Shown here: positions 1-13,834 of the stretch, one piece after another
How the letters are laid out: each line of letters begins with the position of its first letter
Numbering within the stretch: position 1 is the stretch's first letter
Assembly (NCBI RefSeq): GCF_006345805.1
Contig: NC_043001.1
Location: 126,356,001 to 126,420,000, forward strand
Source of the DNA: Octopus sinensis
Lineage: Eukaryota
Reading direction: 5' to 3'
DNA: 64,000 nucleotides
Notes under the pieces: generated by a model
What the model was told of the DNA's origin: nothing
The model's input: only the letters and a program-made list of their open reading frames with translations
Database searches by the model: none
Position numbers and translations under genes: made by a program

Positions 1-82
1 TTCTCTCTCTTTCACTTTCTCTCCCTCTCTCCCTCTCTCTCTCTCTCACTCTCTTTCAGTCCGTGTTGTGTGTGCGTGTGTG

Positions 83-124
<42 letters not shown>

Positions 125-280
125 TGTATCATATCATATCTATCTGTCTGTCTGTCTGTCAGTCTGTCTGTCTTTCTATTTATCTATCTATTATATATTC
201 CCGGTTCCGAGTTCAGCCCTACTGATTATTCTAATGTCCCTAAACCTAAGCCCTTGAGGCAAGAAAAGAAATTATTATTA

Positions 281-315
<35 letters not shown>

Positions 316-399
316 GGGAAAATGTCTTTACAATAACTTCGGGCCGACTGAAGCCTTGTGAGTCGATTTGGATAGCGGAAACTGAAAGAAGCCCGCCAG

Positions 400-454
<55 letters not shown>

Positions 455-455
455 G

Positions 456-489
<34 letters not shown>

Positions 490-809
490 TGTGTGTATGT
501 GTGTGTGTGTGAGTGTGTGTGTGCGCGTGTGTATGTGTGTGTGTGTGTGTGTGTATGTGTGTCTTTGTGTCTGTGTTTGTTACCTACCACCGCTTCAAAA
601 CAAGCGTTGGCGTGTTTACTTCCCCGTAACCAGCGGTTAGGCAAACTTGACAGATAGCACAAGTGCTAGGTTTAAAAAAAGGAAAAGTATGTACCGACGT
701 CGATTCGTTCGAATAAAATTCTTTAAGGTGGTGCCCCAGTATGGCTGCAGTTATATGACTGAAACAATTAAATATAATGTAGATCATTTATATACATATA
801 ATATAGATG

Positions 810-1030
810 CACATCAATATTTCATTTCAGCATGCGATGACCGTCTAATCAAGACACATCTCTTTTCCCTGTACGTTATTTTTTCTCTCCTCGTCTATTT
901 TTTCTGTAGAAGAGCGTATGCTCGAAACATAAAGGACTTTCAACTTCTATGTTGCCTGAGCTTAAATCTAATACACTCTGTATGTTTGTTTTTTTACCTC
1001 GTTTTCGTTATATCTTATTTCTCCCCCATA
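810..1030 (+). mobile_element. Penelope-like terminal repeat fragment with minimal hammerhead-like motif
   Basis: CTGTAGA-A-GAGC-GTAT-GCTC-GAAAC at 904-928, followed by ctaataca...tgt. Homologous to reverse copies at 5350-5520 and 13450-13765. PLE assignment is inferred from the motif. Confidence 0.55.
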
Positions 1031-1144
1031 CATATATGCATACATACATACATACATACGTGCGTACGTGTGTGTGAGTGAATATGAGAAACAGAAAAAA
1101 TGGTAGGGATATACATATATGTATATATATATATATATATACAC

Positions 1145-1190
<46 letters not shown>

Positions 1191-2033
1191 TATTCACATA
1201 AATTAACACATATGGGGTTATGTTGAAGTTACAACGTCTAGAGTTTAGGAGCGGAAGAATCTCTAATCCCGAGGATTTTAGGCTAGCAGTTAATAAGATT
1301 CATTCACTCACAAGTACTCACACGCGCGTGCATACATACATTCATACATACATACATACATACATACATACATACATACATACATACATGCATACACACA
1401 AACACACACACACACACAAACACACACACACTTATAGACTACTTTCCATTGGGTAACGCAAAAGTAAGATGATCAGTCTTAACTCGTCGTCACATCTAAT
1501 GTGATTAGATCAGGCGAATTTTGAAGCAAACATTCCTCGAATAATGGATGTCTCTGTGTGTGTATGTGTGTTATTTGTGTGTGTGTATATGTGTCTGTAC
1601 CTGTGTACGCGTATGTGTGTGTGTCTGTGTGTGTGTGCGTGTATGATTCAGTAACCGCTTCACTGTCATCACAATGTCATGTGGAGGAGTATTAGATAAA
1701 TGCTCGTGTTACACATTATTATTACTGTTGATGTTGTTATTATTATTATTATTATTATTATATTATTATTGGTATTGTTGTTGTTGTTGTTTCCCTCATT
1801 ATTACAGAACCGTTCTGCGCTGATAATGTCAGCGGAGTCGTTTATTGTGATTTTGTAATCGCAGATCTTCTCAAATCTTCCAAACATTTAAAAAAGCAAA
1901 AATTCGTGGTAGGAAAAGAAGTGGAGTTTCTCTGTCACTCAGATATCCCGTTTAAAGTCATTAGTCTTCTAATGTCCCTAATCTGAAGCCCTGGAGGCAA
2001 GAAAAGAAATTATTATTATCATTATTATTATTG

Positions 2034-2087
<54 letters not shown>

Positions 2088-3549
2088 TATTATTATTATT
2101 ATTATTAGATAAAAACGTAAAATACCGTTTGTTTAATGCTGTTTTTCTGCCAAGCCTGAAAAACAGACTGTAAGACAGGAAATACCTTTCTAAGAGTACA
2201 AGCTGTTCCAAAGAGCTGGATGTTTTGATCCAATCGGAAAACAGGATTTGGAAGCTGGGATTTTGTGCGTGATAGCTGTCTATGACAGCATTTGACAAAA
2301 CATTACGACAACGAAAGATTTAGTAAGTTTTAATGAATAAAGTTATGTGAAATGCTGGAATAGACATGTAAACAATATAAAAAGGAAAAAAACATCCCCA
2401 ATGAAGGTATTTTTGCGATAAATTACAAAATTCCAAAGACAAACAACGTTTAATTACGAAAAATCAAACTGAGCGTTAAATTACAAAAAAAATAATAATA
2501 AATAAAATATTTCGTTCAGTTCATGTAAACAGTACATTTTTTTTGTACCAAAATTGAAAAACGAAAGATTGAGATACACTAGGAGTTTTTCAAACAAATT
2601 AGGATTTTCTACTGGGCCACATAAGCAGACTATACCTTGCTTGATACTATTAAAACAGGCACCGATATGTCTGTGGCTCCGATTAGCTAAAATTACCCCA
2701 AATTTGCAACAAGTGCCAACAAGCTGGATTTTGGTTGTGGAATAAATTAGATGATCAGCAGTGAGAAAGAGTAACTGTTCTGGAAGTTCTTTCTCTTCTG
2801 CATATACTTCGGTTGTAGAGCATTCGTCTCATATTGGTTTGGGATAATATGCTCCTGGGAAGCAGTTTTGTTATTCATCTCCAGACGAATTCAATGAAAC
2901 AGGAAGTGACAGTCAGTGTCCTCACACTCAATGCATTCTTCAAGAAGTTCTTTTATATCATGAGTCAAGTTAATATTTATTTCAAATAGTCTTTGAAAGT
3001 TAAATTAGAATTCATGAAGCGTAAAAGTAATATTTTCATTGAAACGACGTTAGAAAAGTAGTACGTATCGATAAGTATGTATCGATAAGATCGGAAGTGA
3101 AAAGAATGTTACATAACAAAAAAGAGAAAGAGACGAAAAAATCAAATTTTGGAATAGTGAAAATCAATGAGGAGAGAAACAGAAAAGTTTTGACCCGATA
3201 TGATTAAGTGAAGCTTTAAGCCGGACAAATCACTAAAGATCAACGGTATTAAGGTGCAAAAAGACCAAAAAGAAGATTCGACACCACAAATTTGCGTATG
3301 ATAACCAAATTAGGTCAGTATGTTTGTTATAGAGTACATCTTCAGAAAACATCAAAAGTCCAAAACGTTGCTTTTTCAGAAAACGAAAAAATAGTTTCAG
3401 CATTCCAGTTGCAGATACGATAGTTAGACCAAATGAACCGGGCATCGGAAGACAAAAAGAAAATACTGAAAAAGAACAAAAAAATATGCATTTGGCGAAA
3501 TTTGGACATACGACTGTTTAACATAATAGCAACGATACACACACACACA

Positions 3550-4387
3550 TATAGGATGCGGTGAATATATTGTCTAAATTACGCGAGAATGAAAATAACA
3601 ATGACATCTAATTCTATCAGATATATTTACCAAAATTACATAAAAATATCTTGCAATACTACAGAATAAATTTATTCAATCAAATCGCCAATGGCTTTAA
3701 CCGCGGTAATTTGGGAATTTCCTACAACTCTTCTGGACGATCTACCTCTCTAAGTTGGTCAATGCTGCCATAATCTCTGCCTTCAGTTCATTTTTGGTGT
3801 TAAAGGAGTTTCGTTGGTCTCTCACTCGACTGTCCCCCACACATAATAATCAATCTAAGGTATAAGGTGGCCAGATGTTAGGGGTGATGTGGTCGCTGAA
3901 ATTGTCTGACAACCATGACTAGGTTCTCCTGCTTGTGTGGCATGGTGCATAGTCCTATTGCCAGGCATAGGGTCTTCCAGTAGGCACCTTCTTGGCCCGG
4001 GGCAGCACTACCAGACACTTGATGCAGGCCTCTGTGTTGAATCTGAGTCCATGTGGAAAGGTGAATGGAGGTATAACGTCACCATCACTAGTGGTCACTG
4101 CAAACACCATGATGTTGATTGGATGTTTGATTTTTATCACACTCGGTACATGTCCTCGGATTGACAACCAAACACTTTGAAAAGTTCGTATTGGAGCTTC
4201 CGGTGCGAATCCCTAGCAGTATAGCTTGTCTTTTCCAAATTTGTGGCAGACTGGTGCTGTTTTTCTCACAGACGGTGCTCAACTGACCCTACTGCACTGT
4301 GTAGTCGACAAAATCAAAAGCAAACGATGCGCATGCGCGAAATTAAAAATATAAAATGGCAACAATTTACCCATCGCACCATGTATA
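3550..4387 (-). mobile_element. Degenerate Tc1/mariner-superfamily (maT/DD37D-like) transposon
   Basis: Reverse translation: IMVFAVTTSDGDVIPPFTFPHGLRFNTEA...GRPYAWQ*DYAPCHTSRRT*SWLSDNFSDHITPNIWPP...DYYVWGTVE. Decayed TIRs at about 3550-3575 and 4358-4387 with TA flanks. Confidence 0.8.
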
Positions 4388-4829
4388 TATATTTTAAAGT
4401 TAGACAAAGGGAAAAATAAATAAAACCTAGGCAAAAGATAACAGCCAGAAAAGGGAGACGAAAACATCATGCAAGGAACATTCGTAGCTGACTTTCTCAT
4501 TAGCTGGTATCCAAGACGTCATAGTTGTTTCGCACTATTTAAACCAAGACCACTGTTATCTGAAAGGAGCGCCAGAGCATAGAGCGATAGGAAAAAAGTG
4601 ACGAATGTGTGCGACGACAGGACAAAATAACGTTAAGCTTGTTACGGCTGTACAAGCTTATAGAACGATTATACTAAAACAGTACTAAAACGATACAGTA
4701 GAAACAGAAAAAAGCCATTTCGGCTATTAAGACAGACGTACTGAGGTAGCGCAAAGGAATGGAAAAGGTCCTTGACGGACGGAACATATACACACGTATG
4801 TATACACATGCATACATACATATATGCAC

Positions 4830-4885
<56 letters not shown>

Positions 4886-4906
4886 ATGTATATACTACAT
4901 ACATAC

Positions 4907-4980
<74 letters not shown>

Positions 4981-5204
4981 GTATGTATATATAATATTTA
5001 TATTATATATATATATGTACATGCGCATGGCCTACTGATTAGGTGGCTGCATTCACGATCATTAGATCGTGGGTTCGACTCCCAGACCAAAACACTTCAT
5101 TTCACGTGGCTCGTTCCCCTTACAATTACAGGGTGATGTTGGCCTATTATCTAGCCAGCATTGTGACCGGCGATGACATCAAATAACCTGGCCGGTCACG
5201 TGAT

Positions 5205-5264
<60 letters not shown>

Positions 5265-5349
5265 ATATATATATATATATTATATATATATATATATATA
5301 TATGCATATACATATATATATATACATACACACACACACATATATATAT

Positions 5350-5520
5350 ATAAACGAATAATGGAATTAAAATAAGCAAAACAGACGACAATAGGACGTG
5401 CACAAAGAATGTATTAGTTTGACGCTAAGTAAAAGAAGAGACTTTCTGACGTTTCGAGCATAGCTCTTCGTCGGAGAGGAGAAAGAAAAAACACCAGAGA
5501 AGATAAAGAAATCGCCATTA
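5350..5520 (-). mobile_element. Penelope-like terminal repeat fragment with minimal hammerhead-like motif
   Basis: Reverse strand reads TCT-CCGACGA-A-GAGC-TAT-GCTC-GAAAC-GTC-AGA (5441-5480). Confidence 0.55.
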
Positions 5521-6924
5521 CATATATATGTGACTGTGTGTGTGTGGGCATGAATATGTGTATTTATGTAACCAAAATGAAAAACAATAATCATGAGGAA
5601 TCTGTATTCCAGGCATGTAAATAATCTCTGGGACAATGATAATAATTCTCTTGCTAGGACTGATACAACAATGACCCAATATTATCAAATATGACATTGA
5701 CATTAAAGATAGGAAGGGGTGGCAAAAAAGAATGACTCCAGAACTAAATCAGGAATGCTTCTCCTTTAGCCCTTAGATTCCCCCATGCGAATCCCTACAA
5801 AAAGAAAAAAAGAGAAAAAGACCAAAAAGAACACGCAGATACACACACACACACACCCACACGCACACACACGTACACATGCGCACGTGCACAGGCACTC
5901 CTACGTACGCAGGATAATTTGTAAATCTGTGTTGACACAGAATATCATTATTGCCCTTTGATCCACACCAATGGTCTCCACTTAATTACTTTGCTATCGT
6001 AATATCGTTTTCCTAGCGCTCACCCATATCTTCCTTTGCATTGACCTTATTCCAAAAATATTCCATCATTGCTCTGCTTCGTTTTTGCTCTTTGTTTTGC
6101 TATTTCAGTCTCTCTTTTCTCTCTGTCTGTCCGCCTCTATCTGTCTGTTTCTTTGTCTGTCTGACTGTCTGTTTGTGTGTCCGTCTTTTTGCCTGCCTGT
6201 CTATCTGTCTGTCTGATCGCCTGTTTGTCTGTCTGTCTGTCCGTCTGCTCTCCTGTTCGTCTGCTCGCCTGTCTATCTGTCTGTCTGTCTGTCAATTTGT
6301 TTGCCTTTACATTCATCTCTCTCTCTCTCTCTTTCTCTGTCTCTCTGATTTATCTCTCTCTAAATCTTTATCTCTCTAATTTCTTTCTCTCTCTCTCTAA
6401 TTTCTTTCTCTCTCTCTCTAATTTCTTTCTCTCTCTCTCTAATTTCTTTCTCTCTCTCTCTCTCTAATTTCTTTCTCTCTCTTTTCTCTCCTCCACCCTC
6501 TATCTATATCTCTCTGTTTATGCTCCTACCCATCTACCCATCATTTTTATATAATTACCTGTCTGTCTATCACATAGATACACGGACAGACAGGCAGATT
6601 AATGAATAGATCGATAAATCATCTATTTATCTAGCTATCTAGCTAGCAATGGTTTGTTGTGTATTTCTATTTTTATTGGCTAGGTCCGGAAGATGGGCCT
6701 GTTCCATAGATTTCCTGAGTCTCCTCCAGCAATTGTGATCGAGGCGGAGAGGTTATCCCATGTCGATGGTCGTTGTCGTATCTTAGCTCCGTATCACCTC
6801 TGATGAAGCAGACGAATAGATATGAATAAAAGACATTTAAAACAAAGACCCGAGACAGATGCTTGATACAGAGGGGACTCTACTGAGGCACCTAAGGACA
6901 TTGTGAGGTTGCACCGAAAATATA

Positions 6925-7148
6925 TGAGGTTGCATGGCTTAGTGGCTACGGTGTTGCATTCACGATCTAGCGATCATGATTTCAATTCCTAGAATGGGTG
7001 GTGCGTTCTGTTCTCGAGCAGAGCACGTTGCTCTGCGATCACCCTGACGTGTGGTACACGTGCTCCTGTCCGGACAACGTTGATTTGATGGAGAGAGTGA
7101 GTGAATGTGCGGCACGAACACTTGATCGCTACTAACAAATCATTTGTA
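6925..7148 (+). mobile_element. Older tRNA-derived SINE
   Basis: gcatggcttagtgg...cattcacgatc...atttcaattcc head; a related head lies at 5022-5112. Confidence 0.65.
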
Positions 7149-7150
7149 TC

Positions 7151-8005
7151 TGACAAGGAATGTTACAGGTATCTAGGGGAGGATGAAAATGTAACAAAAC
7201 ACGTGTCACTAAAGAATATTACAGCCGAATAAAGAAAATTTGGACATCAGAACTCTCTGCATTCAATAAAACAGTGGCCCACAATATATTTGCAGTGCCA
7301 GTACTCATATCAACATTTGGGCTGCTTAATTGGACGCTTGATGAGATCCGAGCCATTGATGTGAAAGCCCGAAAAAGACTAACAAACACACACAATTTTC
7401 ACATAAACAGTGACGTAGACCGCCCTTATTTTAAATGAAAACATTTGTGGAAATTAGCTGCCCAGCGGATGTTAACATGAAGCTGAAGATCAGTGAAAAA
7501 GAGAACACCTATGCTTAACTATTGAGAAATCTGCAGTTACTCTATCCAGATTACAAGTTCAGGTTTATACCTGTAATTATTGGGGCGCTGGGGTATGTAA
7601 CACGTTGCCTAAATACCAATCTTGAGAGATAAGGCTTCTCAAAACCAGAAAGGAGAAAACTAATTGGACGACTACAGATCCAATATATCACTGGAACTGT
7701 AAAAATCTGTAAAACTTTCCAGAAGTTATCATTTAAATATATATGAGCAAGTCTTGAGATGGAACTATATGAATGAGAATACATACATAAAACATACATA
7801 CATACATACATACATACATACATACATACATACATGCATACATACATACATACATACATACATACATACATACATACATACATACATACATACAAGCAAA
7901 ACACCCCGTTTTTGTTGCTGAAATTCCAGTGAAGGAACTTTCGATCTAGGTTAGAAACCGGCTCTTTCTCTATAGGCAAAAAATCTTGAAATAAACTGAA
8001 TAATG
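7151..8005 (+). mobile_element. R4/Dong-type RLE non-LTR retrotransposon fragment, internally deleted
   Basis: YRYLG..EYYSRIKKIWTSELSAFNKTVAHNIFAVPVL...NWT..E...ID.K.RK.LT...H..SDVDR (RT thumb), followed by VEISCPAD..K..EK..Y..L..IPVIIGALG (RLE endonuclease). The 3' UTR contains (TACA)n. In-frame stops present. Confidence 0.85.
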
Positions 8006-9201
8006 ACATACATACATATACTTGAGTCTTTCAGTTTCCGTCAACCAAATCCATTCACAGGGCTTTGGTGAACCCCGGCCTTCGTAGAAGATACTTGCCC
8101 TACATGCCACGCAGTGGGACTGAATCCGGACCATGTAGTTGGAAAGTATACTCCTTACCACCAAGATACATCTGCGCTTGTATCGGTATACCGTTTCTCC
8201 ATTGTTGGGACTTTATCTTAGCTGTATGTGCAAGAGAGTGCTAGGCTGAGGCAATTACATCTGGGTCCCTGGTAATACTACTTTTGGCAACGCAAAATAC
8301 AATCGACTTTTTTTAGAGGACTAAAACTGTCTTTGATACACTTTCTTCATATTGAAGCAGGAACATCAAATGAGTTTCGTGGGTCTGGCGCTTGACTGGA
8401 AAGCGTCTTGTGATAAAGTATAAGAATTTCCAAGCTATATTATTACTCGAGTATGAGCTTAACTAATTTTGTAGGTTTCTTGCATTCCCGATCGTAATTT
8501 AGAAATACATTTTATTAAAACTGTTTATTCCTACCGAGATATCGCTTTGCTTGATTATTATATTGGAACGTGGTTAGAAATTCTGTTGATGTTAATTACT
8601 TTTCGTTCAGCTATTGTTAAAATTTGTCGGTCTTTCGGTGTAATGTAATATATATTAAATTAACTGCAGTAAAGTTAGTAGAAACTGTCATATTATACGA
8701 CAGCACGTATTGAGTAATCTTTCAATCGTCTGTAATGGCAATGTGGAAATACAATGTGTGCGTTTGTGAGTGTGTGTGTATGTGTGCGTGCATGTGTTAG
8801 TGCGTATAAATATATATGTATATATTATATATATATATGCACACACGCACACACAAACACACACACACACACATGTATGCGTACGTGCATACTCGGATGC
8901 ACATATTTATACATGTATACACATGCACATATGTTTTCATACATATACATACAAGCATATATATAAATGTTATATAATATGATATATATATATATATATA
9001 TATACTAACAAAATAATATATAAAACATATACATATATACATGTATGTATGTATGTATGTATGTATGTATGTATGTATGTATGTATGTATGTATGTATGT
9101 ATACATATATTGTGAGAGGAAATACTATAAGAGAGAAAGCAATAATGTGAAGAAAACAAATGTAAGAAAAGAGAGAGCATGAATGTGTTTGTTTGTGTGT
9201 A

Positions 9202-9232
<31 letters not shown>

Positions 9233-9850
9233 TGTGTGTGTGTGTGTGTGCGTGTGTATGTGTGTGTGTGTGTGAGAGAGAGAGATAGAGGGGGCGAGGA
9301 AGGGGAGGAAGGTGTTTAAAAAACGACCGACGTAAAAATGAGATCGGCAAGAGGCGGGAAAAGGAAGCAATATTAACTTATGAGAGACAAGAGAAGAAAG
9401 AAGGAGAAAAATTAAGAAGAGGAGGGGGAGAAGTGGAAAGAATGTTACGAAAGAAAAGAATAGATTGATTCAACATGGTGACAGAGAACGATAAAGAACG
9501 CAAGCGATCCTATTATAATGCTTAGAGTCTCCAAATTAGCTTTCTATGATGTCTCACATATTACGAAGTTGTCACCTGGTTGTCTCCTTCGCTTTAACTT
9601 AGCTAATAATCTTTCGTTGCAAGAGGTTGTAACAAGTGCACTCGTACTTTACGCATTCGTATTCATACAGGCAAAAACAAGAGATATTCTGTCAGAAGTA
9701 CCTCACCCTCCCTCTCCCCTCTTTATTTCTTTCTTTCTTTCTCTTTCTTTCTCTCTCTCTCTCTCTCTCTCTCCCAATCTCTCTCACAGGTGCATACACA
9801 CCCATACATATGACCGCCTATATATACATTTTGGGAGCCACCGATTTGTG

Positions 9851-10117
9851 TAAATATGAGCATATCTAGATATGCAAGTATATGCATGAGAAATGCACCT
9901 AAAACAAAACACAGAAATCTGCACATATACATACAGACACACATACATACATACATACACAGACAGACAGACACACACACATACATACATACATACATAC
10001 ATACATACATACATACACATACAGACACACACACATACATACATACACACACAGACACACATACATACATACATATACACACAGACACACACAAACATAC
10101 ATACATACATACATACA

Positions 10118-10151
<34 letters not shown>

Positions 10152-10272
10152 CATACATACATACATACTCTGTTGCTGATGTTGAAAGTCCAATGAAGGT
10201 GCCTTGGATCTAGGTTAGAAACCGGCTCTTTCTCTAATGGCAGGAAATCTGGAAATAAAACTGAATAATGAC
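9851..10272 (+). mobile_element. 3' UTR-only copy of the R4/Dong-type family
   Basis: Shares gatctaggttagaaaccggctctttctct...aataa(a)ctgaataatgacatacat with 7943-8015, with internal and terminal (TACA)n. Confidence 0.8.
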
Positions 10273-11102
10273 ATACATATATACATTACATACATTACTT
10301 ACATACATACATACATACATACATACATCATACATACATACATACATACATACATACAACATACATACATACATATACATGACAGGCCTATCATATCAAA
10401 TACAATGTTAAACATTTACGACATGCAATTTAGCATCCTCGGTGTTCTGTAACTACCGGATTTATTGAGTATATAAACAGATTGGTTGCTTAAGGGATTT
10501 TGTTTTGTTTTTTTTTTCAGACCTGATGAAGTTGATATAGACTCTTCTGATAAGAACGCAATAAAATTCGAAAGTCGATTAAAACTCTTCACTTTTCTTT
10601 TTTGCAAAGGCACAAAGAGACGCGCAGCACACACACACACACACACCACACACACACACACCACACTCATACGTGCAAGCGCGTGAGTGTATGTGTGTGT
10701 GTGTGTGTGTGCATATGTGGATGCGTGTGTGTCTGTCAGCACCTCAAATATAAGATCTCTTCCCTGAAGACGGAGGCTCGTCTCATCCGACGATGGAATC
10801 ATTCAACAAACTTTATTTTTGACCACCGTGCCCCCCAAAACACCTGTTGGATTTGTAATACTTTTCTCCAGCCCCCTTTAATTCTTGATATCATTTCTAT
10901 TCTGTGTAATCAGACCTTTTTGTATGTAAACATATATACATTTTTTTGTATTTCATGTATTTGATATATTTTGTATATTGACCTGCCTAACATGCTTATC
11001 CTTACATTTACTTCTCTACCTGCTCAAGCTTAAACCTCTCTCTTGAACACTACTGTGTTGCATACGGAGAATATCTGATTCTCATCAACGAACTACTCAC
11101 AG

Positions 11103-11148
<46 letters not shown>

Positions 11149-11724
11149 GTATTTACTCACATATTTATATATTTATTTACGCACATATATAAATACACGC
11201 GCACATACATAATAGCATATGCAAACGAATGTACACACATCTATCAAAATAGATACAAACACAATGTTACACACACATACATCTATTCTTCTACACACAG
11301 AAAACATCATCTCCAGGATATTCTATTTTCCCCGTCTCGCTCAGTGTGCTGTTTTCCGTGTAGCGGAAATTCCCAACCATGTTTATTTACCTCCGGAAAA
11401 TTGCCCCCCTTCTAAGAAAACTGATTGAATCCACTAGACGCCTTGCAATTTTTCCATAACCCCCACCCCACCAATACCGTGAATTATAAAACACTGAATA
11501 AGAGAAACCCCTGCGTCACCTCTCCCGTAGCTTCTACCCATCTCCGTATCCTAAATCAGTTCACTCACCGTAAAGACACTGCTCTGTCAATTACGAAGGA
11601 GGTTCAACCCCGTTATCTGAATAGTAATAATTGGCAATCTCATTATGAGGAAACATACTATAATCGAAACGCCATTTAAAATATCTATGTCCATGTATGC
11701 GTATTCGTGCATTTAGGATTGTGT

Positions 11725-11726
11725 GT

Positions 11727-11795
<69 letters not shown>

Positions 11796-11904
11796 ATATA
11801 ATATATATATATATTATATATATATTATATATATATATATATAATATATATATACATATATATATATATACACATATATATATATACACATATATATATA
11901 TATA

Positions 11905-11955
<51 letters not shown>

Positions 11956-12015
11956 TATTATATATATTCATATACATATATATATATATATTCATATACA
12001 TATATACATATATAC
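11725..12015. repeat. (TA)n-rich microsatellite, representative of pervasive (TA)n, (CA)n, (TACA)n, (TATC)n, (TCTG)n, (ATT)n, (CAC)n and (GA)n tracts
   Basis: Directly visible; such tracts account for most of the ORF track. Confidence 0.98.
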
Positions 12016-12303
12016 ACAAGCATGCGTTTACATTCCTCATATATGTGCGTATGCGTACGTGAGTGTACGTGAATGTGGAAGTGGATGTATATTTATGTAT
12101 GTATATATCTATAGAGTGTCCATAAACTATGGATTCAATTCGAAGCATTCAGAAAAAGAAAAATGGAGAAACGAAGATAACTCATTAGAGTATACAGGAA
12201 GTAACTGCAAAGTTTTATTAGAAATACCAGAACCCTTGGTTGTTCGGAATACATTAAGACAATAAACTGTGGGAGTTGTAAAGATTATTTATAGGCACCT
12301 GTA

Positions 12304-12396
<93 letters not shown>

Positions 12397-13376
12397 GACG
12401 AGCTCGGGGCGAACCTGGACGTCGACGAGGAGTACCTGACCCGCCTGTTCAGGACGACTTTCGGGCCAGGACCCATGGACAACTTCCAGAGATCCCTGGC
12501 CTGGCAGTGCTACCGAGAGAAGCGCTACCCGTCGGGATAAGCTCTACAGACACGGCTCGAGAACACGGGGCCGACCTGCCCGACATGCGGTCAGAGCGAC
12601 GAAACCGTTCTGCACGCACTCGTGCAGTGTCCAACAATTTCCGACCTGTGGGCTTGTGTCGAACAACTGCTGTCACGTGTGGGACGAGTCGGCTTATCAG
12701 CTGAGTCTATCGTCAATATTGTCACGCCTCCCTCCTTCAAACGGGAAGGAAGAGCTATTTTCATCATCCTTGTGGCTATGGCGAAAGAATGTATCTGGTG
12801 GACGCGTCTGAAAGGACTGGAGACAAACACTTTCCTCTCTGGTCAATCTCTCATCAACTTCTTCAAGTACCACTTGAAAAGGAAAGTGAGAGTAGAGAGG
12901 CAAGTTTTGTCTAGCGAATGTTTTAAAAAAAGATGGGTGAATGTAGCAAGAATGGCACGTATGAATGACGAAGCCACCTTGAGCATGATCCTATGAACCC
13001 AGAAATTGAAAACAGAGAGTTGCTCATTTGCAAAAAAAAAAAAAAGAAATATAACATGTGACTCCATTGACCGAGGTTACCGTGGTCTTTTCCGTAGGCT
13101 TTTCTTTCCACGGGTAAACCTCACCCGTCCTCCCCTTTACACTTCATATTGACATTTCTGTGATAACGATCCCTATTGATCATTTTTTTTTCCTCTCCCC
13201 CTTTTTTTTTAACCCCCCCTTTTTTTGTCCTCTTTCTCTCCTTTTACGATCCCTTTTGATCGAAACTTCCCCTTCCTTTTTTTTTTTTTTTTTTTTTTTT
13301 TTAAACCTTCAAAAGAAAAGCTCTACCTTGTAATTTGTTCTATCTGTGTGCAGCCCTATGTGGCTAATAAAGAAAC
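12397..13376 (+). mobile_element. 5'-truncated Tx1/L1-clade non-LTR retrotransposon (zf-RVT C-terminus plus 3' UTR)
   Basis: Frameshifted translation gives AWQCYR..ALP, C..CGQSDETVLHALVQC...DLW, MAKECIWWTR, ER......F.KRW. Pyrimidine-rich 3' UTR, AATAAA at 13366, (TATC)n on both flanks. Confidence 0.85.
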
Positions 13377-13415
13377 ATATCTATCTATCTATCTATCAGT
13401 CTGCCTGTCTGTCTG

Positions 13416-13447
<32 letters not shown>

Positions 13448-13449
13448 CG

Positions 13450-13765
13450 CAATAATAAATCTCGGAGCGAGATGTAAACAGTAAGCGCTCGACAACGTAA
13501 AGTATACTAGCTATCTTAACATGGCTAACCACTAGGGGTAGGGGTGGGGGTGTTACTGTAGCATTTTAGCCCCAGGAGATCATCGCCTCCAGCTGGCTTT
13601 AGACACAATCTTGTGCTCTTTAATGATATTCGCAAAGGGAGGTCATCCCCTCTCGAAGGTGGTGTACAAACAAACAGATGTATTAGTATAGCACTCAGGA
13701 ATAGAAAAAGTCTTTTACGTTTCGAGCCTACGCTCTTCTATAGAAAGATACACAGAAAAAAAATA
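13450..13765 (-). mobile_element. Penelope-like terminal repeat fragment with minimal hammerhead-like motif
   Basis: Reverse strand reads CTTT-CTATAGA-A-GAGC-GTAG-GCTC-GAAAC-GTA-AAAG (13711-13747). Segment 13451-13580 is homologous to 55672-55800. Confidence 0.55.
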
Positions 13766-13834
13766 TATATGTATATATATAATCTGTGTGTGTGTGTGTG
13801 TAATATATATATATATAATATATATATATATATA

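Noticed and set aside
1220-1300. ORF start MLKLQRLEFRSGRISNPEDFRLA as the missing Rost N-terminal exon
   Set aside because: Only superficial similarity, and no phase-0 donor after a Gln codon.
5196-5211. Tandem E-box palindrome TCACGTGATCACGTGA
   Set aside because: Abuts (TA)n at the end of a repeat fragment, with no promoter context.
6684-6820. Exon-like GC-richer patch with CTGATGA
   Set aside because: No donor site or recognisable peptide, and GAAT replaces GAAA; probably a decayed repeat.
12395-12425. CTGACGA-GCTC..GGC-GAAC hammerhead-like string
   Set aside because: Created by the junction of (TATC)n with Tx1 coding sequence; lacks A15.1 and helices I and III.
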